The position numbers and the translations under genes were made by a program. The notes under the pieces were generated by a model. That model saw only the letters and a program-made list of their open reading frames with translations. It did not search any database and was not told where the DNA came from. Below, piece by piece: positions 1-9,562 of a DNA stretch of 48,526 nt (position 1 is its first letter; every line of letters starts with the position of its first letter). Source of the DNA: Candidatus Aenigmatarchaeota archaeon (GTDB lineage Archaea > Aenigmatarchaeota > Aenigmatarchaeia > GW2011-AR5); NCBI GenBank assembly GCA_042584825.1, contig JBHOSK010000003.1, positions 1 to 48,526 on the forward strand, given 5' to 3'.

Positions 1-3000
1 TGAATGAGATGTAGTCAATCAGCAGTGATTCTGCACCAATATTTTCTATTTTCACGCTACAGTTTCCTGATTCATTGGATGCGATTTGATTTTGTAAGAC
101 AGGTATTCGTGAACTTGTTACAACGTCTTCTATAACTTGACTGTGTAATATGTCCTGATAACCGGTTGAATTGTATGTATAAACCCTTGCCTTTGTGAAA
201 TTGCTGTTATAACCTTCCCAGTAAATCGTTAGCTCTGCTAAACGATAATCGGCAGCAGGACAATCAAAGTGCGCTGTGAAGTTATGACCTGCTGGAATCA
301 ATGCCTCGTCTGCTAATGTGTCGTAATCAGATCCAATTGATGAGTCTATTGTGCATATCTGTGTGGTAACATCTGTATCATTGTATGCTACCTCCGGGCA
401 TGTTATATTAAACATTTCGTATACAACAGATCCTGTTGAATTTAATTCACCATATGATGCTGTCCCGCCTGAGGTACCATTTATGTCCACTGTTACTGTA
501 AAATTTCCTGTGCTTGTGGCATTAACATACCACATTACACTCCTTATTGTATTTGCATCGACCGTTCCTAAACTTTGCAAACGGTTATCAATGGTCCAAT
601 CATCTGGAGCTGTAAGATTAACATAAACATCGTCTGAATCATCAATAAGGCTTGTTACTGTTGCATTTATTGTGAAATTTCTGTGTTGGAATGTTTCTTC
701 GGGTAGGTTAACTCCTAATATAGTTACTTCAGCATCGCATCCAGTTAAACCAATTGATATATTAAGGACGATAGATGTGTTTTGTTTATAGTTTGATTCT
801 GTGTCATTTATTTCTGCTAGCCAGTTTTGATCACCAGCTGTCAATCCCTGACCACATGTTGGGGTGAAGTCAAAAATAGCATGTCCTGTTGCATTTGTTA
901 TGTTTGACCCTATGATTTTGTTATATAGCCCACTATAAGTTACATTGAAATTCACTGTGGCATTTGTTAATAGATTACTTGTGGCTGCATCATGGTCATA
1001 CACCTGAACAATTAATCTGGTTGAATTTGTTAGATTTGCTGCGGTTTCATTACCCAATAAGTATGTTATGTTTGCGTCGTCTTCTTCCACAGTAACAAAA
1101 AGAAAGCCTGATGTTTGTGTATTGTCTGTATCATTCATTTTGAACTGATAATACCATTGTCCCTGATCGTTAGAAGTGAAATTCCTGTACCACGACATCA
1201 GCATCTCTGTACAGTTTGTACAAACTGTTTCTGTCTGATTAAAACATGTGTCTTTATCACATATTGTAATTGGGTTCGGTGAATCCTTTTCCATGTAAGG
1301 CGAAACATTTATTTCTACACCATTATCTCCTGATGATGCAATCACAGAGAAGTTCCAATTTGGATATCCCCACCCTTCTGTTTCATTTGGGATTGCTGAT
1401 GCGTTTTGTAGTTTCTTTATCGGAGACAGATAAAATATTCCGGGATCTGCTTCATTGATATCAGAATTGTTATAATGGAAAGATAGATTAGCATCCATTG
1501 TTGTGTTGTACCAGCCTTTTGGTGTTGTTATATTTGTTGTGAAATCGCATGTAAATGCATTTGAACCTACTTTCACTATATTTACGCAGCCAAATGGTCC
1601 TGTTGTGTGGTTCAAATAATATTTGACGTCTGGTGTAATTGGATCACCACAATCATCAAATGCTGAACCTATGAATTGTATTATGTCCTCTTGTGTATAA
1701 TTAGATGATGTATCGGGTTTTGTCATTGTTAAGTTAATATCCCCCCACACGGATATTTTCTGTCCGGTAAATGTTACTTCGCTGTAGAGTGGGTCTGATG
1801 AATTTATAGCAACCTTCCATGTTTGGTTTCCTATCTGGTATTTCGATGGTGTACATACTGGGTCAAAATAATAATTTATGTGCCCGGTTGAGTTTGTTTC
1901 ATTAACAAATCCTGAATCGAATGTTGAACCGTCTAATGTTATGAAAAATGTCAGGTTAATTAGATCCACTATTGAACCGTTTGTATCGTTTATTCTTACT
2001 GATAAGAACCTGTATTGTTCGTCAGAACGATTAACTATTGTTTCATTACCAACAACTTCATAGAATATAATACTGTCTTTTGTCAGAGTAAACGTGGTTG
2101 TGTTCGATCCACCATCGTAAGAGTTGTTAAATTTTATAGTATTATATCCGTTTAATAAATGAGAAGCTAATGCATCCCAGCTGTAATTTAACACTACTCC
2201 GTCGTCACCATCACTAAAGGCGGCTGTGCTTATTTTTTCCCAGTCAGTGCCATTACCTACCCACGCTTCTACATTGAAACCTGTTCCGGCATTTGAGCTA
2301 ACTGTAACATTGAATGTCCAGTTAAAGCCATAAGCACCTGTGCTAGTGTTTGTTTGTAATGAATATGCAGTAGGGTTTGCCAGATTTATACTAACAGAGG
2401 GCGGGTCGATTGTAACATCTGTACAACTCTGGGCATTTGTACCGTTTTCAAATGCACTTGTATTTATACAAAATTGGTAAGTTCCAGAAGAAACGTCTGT
2501 TGAGTTTACCTCCCATTGCACATTCTGTGAATCACCCAGAATCATTGTTCCTATAAATGTGTTGTTGCTTTGGTGTCCTGTGCTGTTTGTTATATTGAAT
2601 ACACCAGAGGTTCCATTTATGCTTGATGTAACGTTTGTTGCGTTTCCTGGTCCGTAATTTGTTATTGTTGTACTTATGTTGAACCATTCTCCTTCTGACA
2701 ATGATGATGGTGAAACTGTTAGTGTGTCTAAAATAAGTGAAGCTCCACATGCAACAAATATGGTGTATGTTTGATCTAGATAATTATATGAAATATTAAC
2801 GGGTATTCCTTGAAATTGGAATGTGCCGTTTACCTGGTGTGTTGCGTTTATTGTATAGTTATAATAATTTGAACCTTCGTAATAACCAAGTGTTGTTAAA
2901 TCTATATTCTCACTTCCCCATGTGACACTTACACCGTCACTCATTGTTGCTGTGCTGCCATCGCTTGATCCAGCGTCTGAGAAATTAAGATCTATTGGGT

Positions 3001-6000
3001 GTGTTACTGTTCGGTTTGTCTTAATATCGGTTATGTTAAAATCTATTGCTGGTACGTTTCCTTTATTGTACACTTTCAGGGATGTTGAAAAATTACCACA
3101 CATCCAATTTTCTGGAAAATCATCCTGCCATCCGTTACCATCGTGTGTATTATATGATCTTTCTGTTTTTAGATGTGAACCATTTATCTGGAATATTCTT
3201 CTATTCGTGAAATACCATTGTGATCTTAATGTGTCACCGTTTCCAAAAATGGTTTCTTTCCAAACTTTTCCTCCTGGTGTGAACTGATCTTCTGTTCCTA
3301 TCTCTATATCAGTTATTGTTACAAACGTTTTGTTATCGTCCCTTCCTTGATCGTGTAAAAAATAATCGTCTGTTTCATCGTCAAATCCACTGAATGCTGT
3401 CCATTTAACTATATAACCTTCGTGTATTGATCCCATAGGATATCCAATGTCTGGTGCGTCACTGAAATCTCCTCTACTGATATTGAAACCTGGTGGTATG
3501 TTTATTACAGTAGCAAAATTCCAGCCATCATCAACACCGGATCCTTCATGGTAACTATATGTAAATTCTGTCGTTGTACCCATGACAGCTGAATCTGTTG
3601 AGAATATTGGTGTTATTGTATCGAATGCTCCTGAACCCGATGCGCCAAGTACATCTATGTTTAATGAATTTGATTGTGTTAAACCTGTTTCAGGATCTAC
3701 CCAATATACTATTGTATACCATGATCCCTGAATTGCACCATCTTCTGCTCCCATGTAATCCAATAATGTCTGGAAACATTCTGATGTTGTCAGATTCCAG
3801 TTATACCAATCCACCTGGCTTGTAGTTGCACTGGCAAAGGGTGCTCCTTCTTGTAGTGTTGGTGGGGTTGTTGAGTGTTGGCCTGACGGAAATTCTGTAA
3901 CATTTATTGTTACGTTATAATCACCGTAGTTACATATACTTGTTCTGTGGTAATTTCGATCTGCTTGGTCTGTGTTTTGTTTATTTGGTGCTGTAAAGAA
4001 GATCAGTATTGGTGTCAGTGATTCTGAATCTGACACTCTTGGCTCAAAATCTTTTTCATATGTTATTGGTGCTGCAAGAGTTGACTGATTTATTGATACA
4101 TTGACGGTGTAGGTAACTTTATCAATAGCATCGGGCACATGGAAATGCCATACAAGAATACTTTCATTAAAATTGAAAGGCAGCCCTGATTTTGTTATGT
4201 TTGTTACCTGGTCGTTGCCTTCTTCTATGTACCAGTCCATTTCTTCTATTCCTTTCATTATTTTAATGGAGACGTTTGTGTTGTTCATATCATCTGTAAT
4301 GTTATAGCTTGCAAGAGGAACAACTATTGTGGCTTCTGATCCTGCTATTATATAACCGTCTTCACCGCTTGGCCCAAAGATCTTTATATCTCTTACAATA
4401 TTCACATGGCTGCAATCTATCACTCTCATTTCATGGACATTTGTATTATCCTTAAATGCACCTGGATTATTTGCTGGAAACATCCTAAGCTTATATATTC
4501 CTAATGCTGCATTGGATGTTACATTAACAAATCTGTGGTCCCTGAAACAAAAGTCATTAGAATCTTCATTACACTGATTTCCTGTTCCAAGCTCTTGTGT
4601 GTTTTTTGTGTCTGTCTGACCATTCCACATTGTCAAATAATTACTATCATCGACCTCTACATAGGTCCCTGCGCCTGGTTCCAAAACCTGCAAAATCCAG
4701 TCTTGTGTAGGAGAGTTAGAATCGTCTGCCAGGTCCATTGACAGTATAGCTACAGTAAGATTGTTTCCTCTACAGACTGATTGTGAATCTGTCGCTTTTT
4801 GATATGTACTTGAGTTGTCATAGTATATTGACCATGTTGCGTAGTAATAATAAGTAACATCTGCTGCTATTGCCCATTCTCGGGCCTCGGTGAATTTTTC
4901 ATCATTACCATAGTTTATAACAGCTGGTCCTGTAAGATATAACATCGGTGATATGTGTGGTGGTTCATAAGTATAATTAATTGTTATTGTTTCGCCTATA
5001 GTCAGATCACCCAGGTCCCATGTAATTTCTTGTGTTTCGTTTGTTCCAGAAATTGTTCCGTCTGTAACTATGTTGAATTCTGTAGGTACGTATTCTTTGA
5101 AAATTGTGTTTTGGGAATTGGTGTTCGGTGTTATGTTTATTATTACTGTATTATTCTCAAGATAGATTACAGTTTCCTCGTCTCTTATTATTTCAAAATC
5201 GATAGCCTCTCTTACTTCAAATGTTGTTTCATAGGTTTCGTTAACAAATTCTGTTTCAGCATGAGCATGTACATAATAAACACCGACTTCCTGCGTTACG
5301 TAATCTAAGATATATGTTCCATCACCGTTGTTAATGATTGTTCCTTCTATTGTTGAAAATTCTGTTATAACGTCGTTGGGAGATGTTACTGATGTTGTTA
5401 CGTTTGCATTTTCAACCCTTTGTCCGACAGGATCTAAAACACCTATAATCACATTTGCTGTTTCGCCTGTCAGGTACATGCTTTTGTGGGTGTTTATTAC
5501 GACAAGCCCCCATTCAAATTGCTGCTCATATCGTTCACCATCTACTTCAACAACAAGAATATATTTACCTGGCATCATCTTGGTGTGTTTTGGTGTTTTT
5601 ATTTTATAGCCGGATCCAGCCTTTTTGATATTTAAGTCGACATCGATACGTGGTCTAAGGCTACCGTTGATATATTCGATATATGTATTGATTTCGTTTT
5701 TTGCATGATTCCATACAAGCGTGTCTTGTTTATTATTTTTGTTGAAATCTTTGTATTCTTTTTTAATTTCTGTTTCTTCTAAAAGCGATTCGTCATCGAT
5801 TATAATATCGAACTCTGGCCTTTCGCGTGCTCCGAATGATTTTTTCTTTGGGATAATCGTGACGTCTATCTTACTTTTTTTAAGTATTATTTCTACTTCA
5901 TTTGATTGTTCTGTGTATAATCCATCAGAAGCTGTGAAGATTATTGCGCTGTTTTCTGTATATTCTATATCTAGTCTTAGCGTCACCAACGGACCGTCGA

Positions 6001-7288
6001 TATCGACAGTTATGTTGTCTGGTATTGTTGATTTGTATGCTAGTGTGTCGTTATCTGGATCAGTAAAGTAATAATCAAGGTTAATTGTTTTCTGGCTGTT
6101 CTTTTCTATTTTGATTGGTGGTATTTTTTCAATTAGATATGGTGGTTTGTTCTGCTGCTCAGAATCAACAACGTATATGCTGAATGTGTTTGATTCTGTA
6201 CTTGTTTGAAGATCTGATGCTATGAAATTCATTTCTCTGCGGCCGGTGAAGTTTATATTTGGTATAAGTGTAGCATAAGGGCCATCGATTATTATTGTTA
6301 TATTTCTAGGTCTTGAAGATCTGTAAGTAAGTGGGTCGTCATCAGGATCATAAAAGTATTCATCCAGGTTGAGTGTGCGTTCTGTGTTTTTCAACATTAC
6401 CATATCCATAAATTGTCTTATCAGAATTGGCTTCCTGTTTGCTGTTGCCAATAAGACTGCAAAAACATTTGATTTTGTGGTGTATTCTGGATCAGATGCA
6501 TAGAACATTGCAGTACCGACTAAATTGGCCATTATTTCGGCCACGTCCTTGTCTATCAATATTCGTACTCCTTCTGAAGCATTGTGCGTGAATACTAATG
6601 GACCTTCATCATAGAAGTATTTGGATAGGTTTATGTTGAATCTCTCGTTTTTGTGTATCTTTATGTCATCTATGTCCCGAATAAGCTGGGGTGGTTCGTT
6701 TGTCGAGTCTTTTTCAAAAATATCGACAGATTGTACACAATTGGCATAATAAGGAGAGATGTTGTTTGTTCCGTTAACATCCTGACCATATCGGTAGCAA
6801 GAATCAGTTATCAGGCTGTTGTTTGATATGTTTATTGTGTTTTCTATGCCGAAAATCGTGTTTGCGGACATCAAAAGTATGGTTGCTATGATGAATAATC
6901 GTGTAAAGCTACTGATACCAATCATGGATTTTTTATTTCTTTTTTCGACACGTTTTCCGACACTTGATATGAATGGGAGAGATAATAGTGGAGAGATCAT
7001 TAATGGAGCGTTGTTGCTAACTAAAAGCATAAATGCAGAAAAAGATATGAGAAGTGTAATAGAGAAGATTTTAGATTTTAGTTTTTCAAGTTCTTTAGAA
7101 TATAGATAACACAGTGTGGCTGGTCCCACTTTGCGCTGGATAATTTTCTTTTCTCCTGTAAGTTCGTATATGTATTTGACTATACTGTGTCTATGCATGC
7201 CGGCCAATTTAGCAACTTGCGATATTGTAAGACCTTCATGATACTGCTTTAAAACAGCTAGTATCTTCTCTTTTACGTTTTTTGCCAT
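1..7288 (-). CDS. Giant surface protein (>2400 aa, 3' end outside window): N-terminal winged-HTH, hydrophobic segments, three cadherin-like repeats, long Asn/Thr-rich beta-sandwich region
   Basis: Manual translation from ATG at 7288: MAKNVKEKILAVLKQYHEGLTISQVAKLAGMHRHSIVKYIYELTGEKKIIQRKVGPATLCY. The same frame is open at the left edge (...CSVKIENIGAESLLIDYISF). No long minus-strand ORF with a stop appears in the track here, consistent with one uninterrupted frame. N.PP.LI...NL..YF.DPD.D.L.Y repeats at about 5880-6700. Many N-X-S/T sequons. Confidence 0.9.
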   Translation of the reverse strand, partial: MAKNVKEKILAVLKQYHEGLTISQVAKLAGMHRHSIVKYIYELTGEKKIIQRKVGPATLCYLYSKELEKLKSKIFSITLLISFSAFMLLVSNNAPLMISPLLSLPFISSVGKRVEKRNKKSMIGISSFTRLFIIATILLMSANTIFGIENTINISNNSLITDSCYRYGQDVNGTNNISPYYANCVQSVDIFEKDSTNEPPQLIRDIDDIKIHKNERFNINLSKYFYDEGPLVFTHNASEGVRILIDKDVAEIMANLVGTAMFYASDPEYTTKSNVFAVLLATANRKPILIRQFMDMVMLKNTERTLNLDEYFYDPDDDPLTYRSSRPRNITIIIDGPYATLIPNINFTGRREMNFIASDLQTSTESNTFSIYVVDSEQQNKPPYLIEKIPPIKIEKNSQKTINLDYYFTDPDNDTLAYKSTIPDNITVDIDGPLVTLRLDIEYTENSAIIFTASDGLYTEQSNEVEIILKKSKIDVTIIPKKKSFGARERPEFDIIIDDESLLEETEIKKEYKDFNKNNKQDTLVWNHAKNEINTYIEYINGSLRPRIDVDLNIKKAGSGYKIKTPKHTKMMPGKYILVVEVDGERYEQQFEWGLVVINTHKSMYLTGETANVIIGVLDPVGQRVENANVTTSVTSPNDVITEFSTIEGTIINNGDGTYILDYVTQEVGVYYVHAHAETEFVNETYETTFEVREAIDFEIIRDEETVIYLENNTVIINITPNTNSQNTIFKEYVPTEFNIVTDGTISGTNETQEITWDLGDLTIGETITINYTYEPPHISPMLYLTGPAVINYGNDEKFTEAREWAIAADVTYYYYATWSIYYDNSSTYQKATDSQSVCRGNNLTVAILSMDLADDSNSPTQDWILQVLEPGAGTYVEVDDSNYLTMWNGQTDTKNTQELGTGNQCNEDSNDFCFRDHRFVNVTSNAALGIYKLRMFPANNPGAFKDNTNVHEMRVIDCSHVNIVRDIKIFGPSGEDGYIIAGSEATIVVPLASYNITDDMNNTNVSIKIMKGIEEMDWYIEEGNDQVTNITKSGLPFNFNESILVWHFHVPDAIDKVTYTVNVSINQSTLAAPITYEKDFEPRVSDSESLTPILIFFTAPNKQNTDQADRNYHRTSICNYGDYNVTINVTEFPSGQHSTTPPTLQEGAPFASATTSQVDWYNWNLTTSECFQTLLDYMGAEDGAIQGSWYTIVYWVDPETGLTQSNSLNIDVLGASGSGAFDTITPIFSTDSAVMGTTTEFTYSYHEGSGVDDGWNFATVINIPPGFNISRGDFSDAPDIGYPMGSIHEGYIVKWTAFSGFDDETDDYFLHDQGRDDNKTFVTITDIEIGTEDQFTPGGKVWKETIFGNGDTLRSQWYFTNRRIFQINGSHLKTERSYNTHDGNGWQDDFPENWMCGNFSTSLKVYNKGNVPAIDFNITDIKTNRTVTHPIDLNFSDAGSSDGSTATMSDGVSVTWGSENIDLTTLGYYEGSNYYNYTINATHQVNGTFQFQGIPVNISYNYLDQTYTIFVACGASLILDTLTVSPSSLSEGEWFNISTTITNYGPGNATNVTSSINGTSGVFNITNSTGHQSNNTFIGTMILGDSQNVQWEVNSTDVSSGTYQFCINTSAFENGTNAQSCTDVTIDPPSVSINLANPTAYSLQTNTSTGAYGFNWTFNVTVSSNAGTGFNVEAWVGNGTDWEKISTAAFSDGDDGVVLNYSWDALASHLLNGYNTIKFNNSYDGGSNTTTFTLTKDSIIFYEVVGNETIVNRSDEQYRFLSVRINDTNGSIVDLINLTFFITLDGSTFDSGFVNETNSTGHINYYFDPVCTPSKYQIGNQTWKVAINSSDPLYSEVTFTGQKISVWGDINLTMTKPDTSSNYTQEDIIQFIGSAFDDCGDPITPDVKYYLNHTTGPFGCVNIVKVGSNAFTCDFTTNITTPKGWYNTTMDANLSFHYNNSDINEADPGIFYLSPIKKLQNASAIPNETEGWGYPNWNFSVIASSGDNGVEINVSPYMEKDSPNPITICDKDTCFNQTETVCTNCTEMLMSWYRNFTSNDQGQWYYQFKMNDTDNTQTSGFLFVTVEEDDANITYLLGNETAANLTNSTRLIVQVYDHDAATSNLLTNATVNFNVTYSGLYNKIIGSNITNATGHAIFDFTPTCGQGLTAGDQNWLAEINDTESNYKQNTSIVLNISIGLTGCDAEVTILGVNLPEETFQHRNFTINATVTSLIDDSDDVYVNLTAPDDWTIDNRLQSLGTVDANTIRSVMWYVNATSTGNFTVTVDINGTSGGTASYGELNSTGSVVYEMFNITCPEVAYNDTDVTTQICTIDSSIGSDYDTLADEALIPAGHNFTAHFDCPAADYRLAELTIYWEGYNSNFTKARVYTYNSTGYQDILHSQVIEDVVTSSRIPVLQNQIASNESGNCSVKIENIGAESLLIDYISF

Positions 7289-7300
7289 GACTTCAAATCT

Positions 7301-7365
7301 CTCCACTATGTGTACACTATAGCACTCCACTAATGTACACTATAGTGGAGTTCTATAGTGTAGTG
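7301..7365. promoter_or_regulatory. Array of CACTA/TAGTG direct and inverted repeats between divergent wHTH-encoding genes (putative operator or centromere-like site)
   Basis: CTCCACTATGTGTACACTATAG (7301-7322) repeats as CTCCACTAATGTACACTATAG (7325-7345). Palindrome CACTATAGTG at 7338-7347. TAGTG at 7343, 7356 and 7361. Confidence 0.65.
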
Positions 7366-7422
7366 AATATGTGTCGATCCATATAAACCTTTAAATATTC
7401 TGTCGACCGACAAATAATTAGT

Positions 7423-7797
7423 ATGAGGGAGAATGTCGTCAGGGAACTTCTAAAGATAAGAGAGGAAATAGAGTCCCGTAAGGTCAAACCAATAGAGAAT
7501 GAGGAAGATTTATCAGCCAAGATAGTTAAACTGTCTAAGAAGATCGACACATTACATGAAATGATAAAGGGGAATAAAGTAAATAAAAATGTTGATCAAA
7601 GTCCTGTAAAAACCAGAAAAAGAAATCAGGTAATGGAACTTGTTGAGAAAAACATTAAATTAAGTTCTTATGACCTATCTTTTTTGATGAATATTTCGCG
7701 TACTCGTGCGAATGAATATCTAAAGGAATTAGAAAGGGATGGTCTTCTGAAGAATGAGTTAATTGATAAAAAAATGTACTATAGGGTTGTAAAATGA
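7423..7797 (+). CDS. Coiled-coil plus C-terminal winged-HTH DNA-binding protein
   Basis: C-terminal LSSYDLSFLMNISRTRANEYLKELERDGLL...KKMYY is a wHTH pattern. ATGA overlap with the downstream MinD-like gene. Confidence 0.8.
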   Translation: MRENVVRELLKIREEIESRKVKPIENEEDLSAKIVKLSKKIDTLHEMIKGNKVNKNVDQSPVKTRKRNQVMELVEKNIKLSSYDLSFLMNISRTRANEYLKELERDGLLKNELIDKKMYYRVVK

Positions 7798-8531
7798 TAA
7801 TTGGTATAGTGTCTGGGAAGGGTGGTGTAGGAAAAACAACGCTTTCTATAAACATTGGTATGGCCCTTTCAAAATTAGGTAAGAATGTTTCTGTAATAGA
7901 TGGTGATATAAAAAATCCAAATCTTGGACTTTATCTTGGATTGTATGGACTAAAATATACAATAAACGATTTTATTAGGGGAGAAGAACAGGACGGGTAT
8001 GATTATCATGGTATGAAGATATTCCCGTCTTCTTTATCGCTGGATGAATCGACAAGTGTTTCTAAAATAAGGAAAGTTGTAGAAAGTTTAGAAGGTTATA
8101 TTATAATAGATTTTCCTCCTGGACTCAACCGAGATATAGCACACCTCATGGATGTTTGTCATAAGTATATTGTAATTACAAACCCGAATATGGTTTGTCT
8201 AGCTTCTACAATGAGACTTTCTCATATATTGAAAGGTACTGACAAGGATGTAATGGGTATAATAGTCAACAGGACAGGTAAAAAACATGATGTCGAACGT
8301 GACGAAATAGAAGCTGCTATAACAGATAACATCATGGGTCATATTCCTGAAGATGATAATATTACAATGTCTATGAATTCTCATAAACCTGTATTAGAGT
8401 ATAATCCTTATGCACCATCATCAATAGAAATCATGGACATTACCAGTAAAATGATAGGGTTAGAATACAAAAGACCTAGTGGATTCATAAAAATAAGAAA
8501 TTTTTTGAGTCAATTGAGGGTGAAAAAGTAA
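7794..8531 (+). CDS. minD: MinD/ParA-family ATPase 1
   Basis: Deviant Walker A GKGGVGKTT, IDGD, IIIDFPPG, GIIVNR, C-terminal amphipathic GFIKIRNFL. Confidence 0.9.
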   Translation: MIIGIVSGKGGVGKTTLSINIGMALSKLGKNVSVIDGDIKNPNLGLYLGLYGLKYTINDFIRGEEQDGYDYHGMKIFPSSLSLDESTSVSKIRKVVESLEGYIIIDFPPGLNRDIAHLMDVCHKYIVITNPNMVCLASTMRLSHILKGTDKDVMGIIVNRTGKKHDVERDEIEAAITDNIMGHIPEDDNITMSMNSHKPVLEYNPYAPSSIEIMDITSKMIGLEYKRPSGFIKIRNFLSQLRVKK

Positions 8532-8568
8532 TATATATGGGATGTGTTAAATTATAATTGGGGTAGTC

Positions 8569-8790
8569 GTGGGAATATTTGGCAACTTTATGTATAAATC
8601 TAAGAAGAGTGATAAGAAATATTGGCTGCACTCAACAGAAAGAGGTAAGGTAACCTTGTATTTTTTTTCACAAAATCCTATAGATGCCCTCCCTAGCTTA
8701 CCTGGTGGGTATGAAGTCATAGAGAATAAAATAACTGGAATGCCTTTACTAAAGAAAAAAGGTGGAAAAAAGGGAGAGAAAAAGAAATAG
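8569..8790 (+). CDS. Small basic hypothetical protein between two MinD genes
   Basis: 73-aa ORF abutting the next gene. The YWLH...LYFFS...LPGGYEVIEN..TGMPLLKK pattern looks like a folded protein. Confidence 0.75.
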   Translation: MGIFGNFMYKSKKSDKKYWLHSTERGKVTLYFFSQNPIDALPSLPGGYEVIENKITGMPLLKKKGGKKGEKKK

Positions 8791-9561
8791 TTGATGTTTA
8801 TGAAATCCATTGGTATTGTATCTGGAAAGGGTGGTGTAGGAAAAACTACTGTTGCGATTAATCTAGGTGTTGCACTTTCTCACTACTTTAGAAGATACGT
8901 TACATTGATTGATTGTAATGTTACAACCTCTCATATTGGTCTTTTCCTTGGTAGTTATCATTATGATAAAACGCTGAATGATGTTTTAAGAGGAAATTAT
9001 AGTATAGAAGATGCTGAAATACATCATTCAAGTGGTATGAAAATCGTTCCAGCATCGCTTTCTCTTAGAGATATGGCTGGTATAGATATACTCAAATTAA
9101 GAGATGTAATACAACCAATGATAGAAAGGAATGAAATTGTTATACTTGATGGTGGCCCGGGTCTTGGAAGAGAAGCTATAGCTACTTTCAAAGCAAGTGA
9201 TGAATTAATTTTCGTTGCACAACCAAACATACCTTCTATTATAGATATTGTAAGATGTCAGGAAATTGCTAATGAGGTTGGTATCAAGCCGCTTGGAATA
9301 GTTGTAAATATGGTTAAGAAAGACAAGTATGAAATGTCCAAAGACGAGATAGAACATCTCACAGATTTGCCTGTAATTTCTGCAATACCTTTTGATAATA
9401 ATGTTAGAAAAAGTATCCATAACAAAACCCCTTTAGTTACGTATAAACCAAGATCTGGTGCAAGCAAAGAATTGTTCAGACTTGCATCAACAGTTATAGG
9501 AGAAGACTATAAAGAAAGTAGAGATTTCGGTAGTGTTTTCAGAAAAATGAAATTTTGGTAA
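8791..9561 (+). CDS. minD: MinD/ParA-family ATPase 2
   Basis: GKGGVGKTT, IDCN, ILDGGPGLGREA, GIVVN, C-terminal FGSVFRKMKFW. True start probably ATG 8794 or 8800. Confidence 0.92.
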   Translation: MMFMKSIGIVSGKGGVGKTTVAINLGVALSHYFRRYVTLIDCNVTTSHIGLFLGSYHYDKTLNDVLRGNYSIEDAEIHHSSGMKIVPASLSLRDMAGIDILKLRDVIQPMIERNEIVILDGGPGLGREAIATFKASDELIFVAQPNIPSIIDIVRCQEIANEVGIKPLGIVVNMVKKDKYEMSKDEIEHLTDLPVISAIPFDNNVRKSIHNKTPLVTYKPRSGASKELFRLASTVIGEDYKESRDFGSVFRKMKFW

Positions 9562-9562
9562 T

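Noticed and set aside
351-7109. Many short plus-strand and minus-strand ORFs in the track
   Set aside because: They are shadows of the single giant minus-strand ORF and have no motifs.
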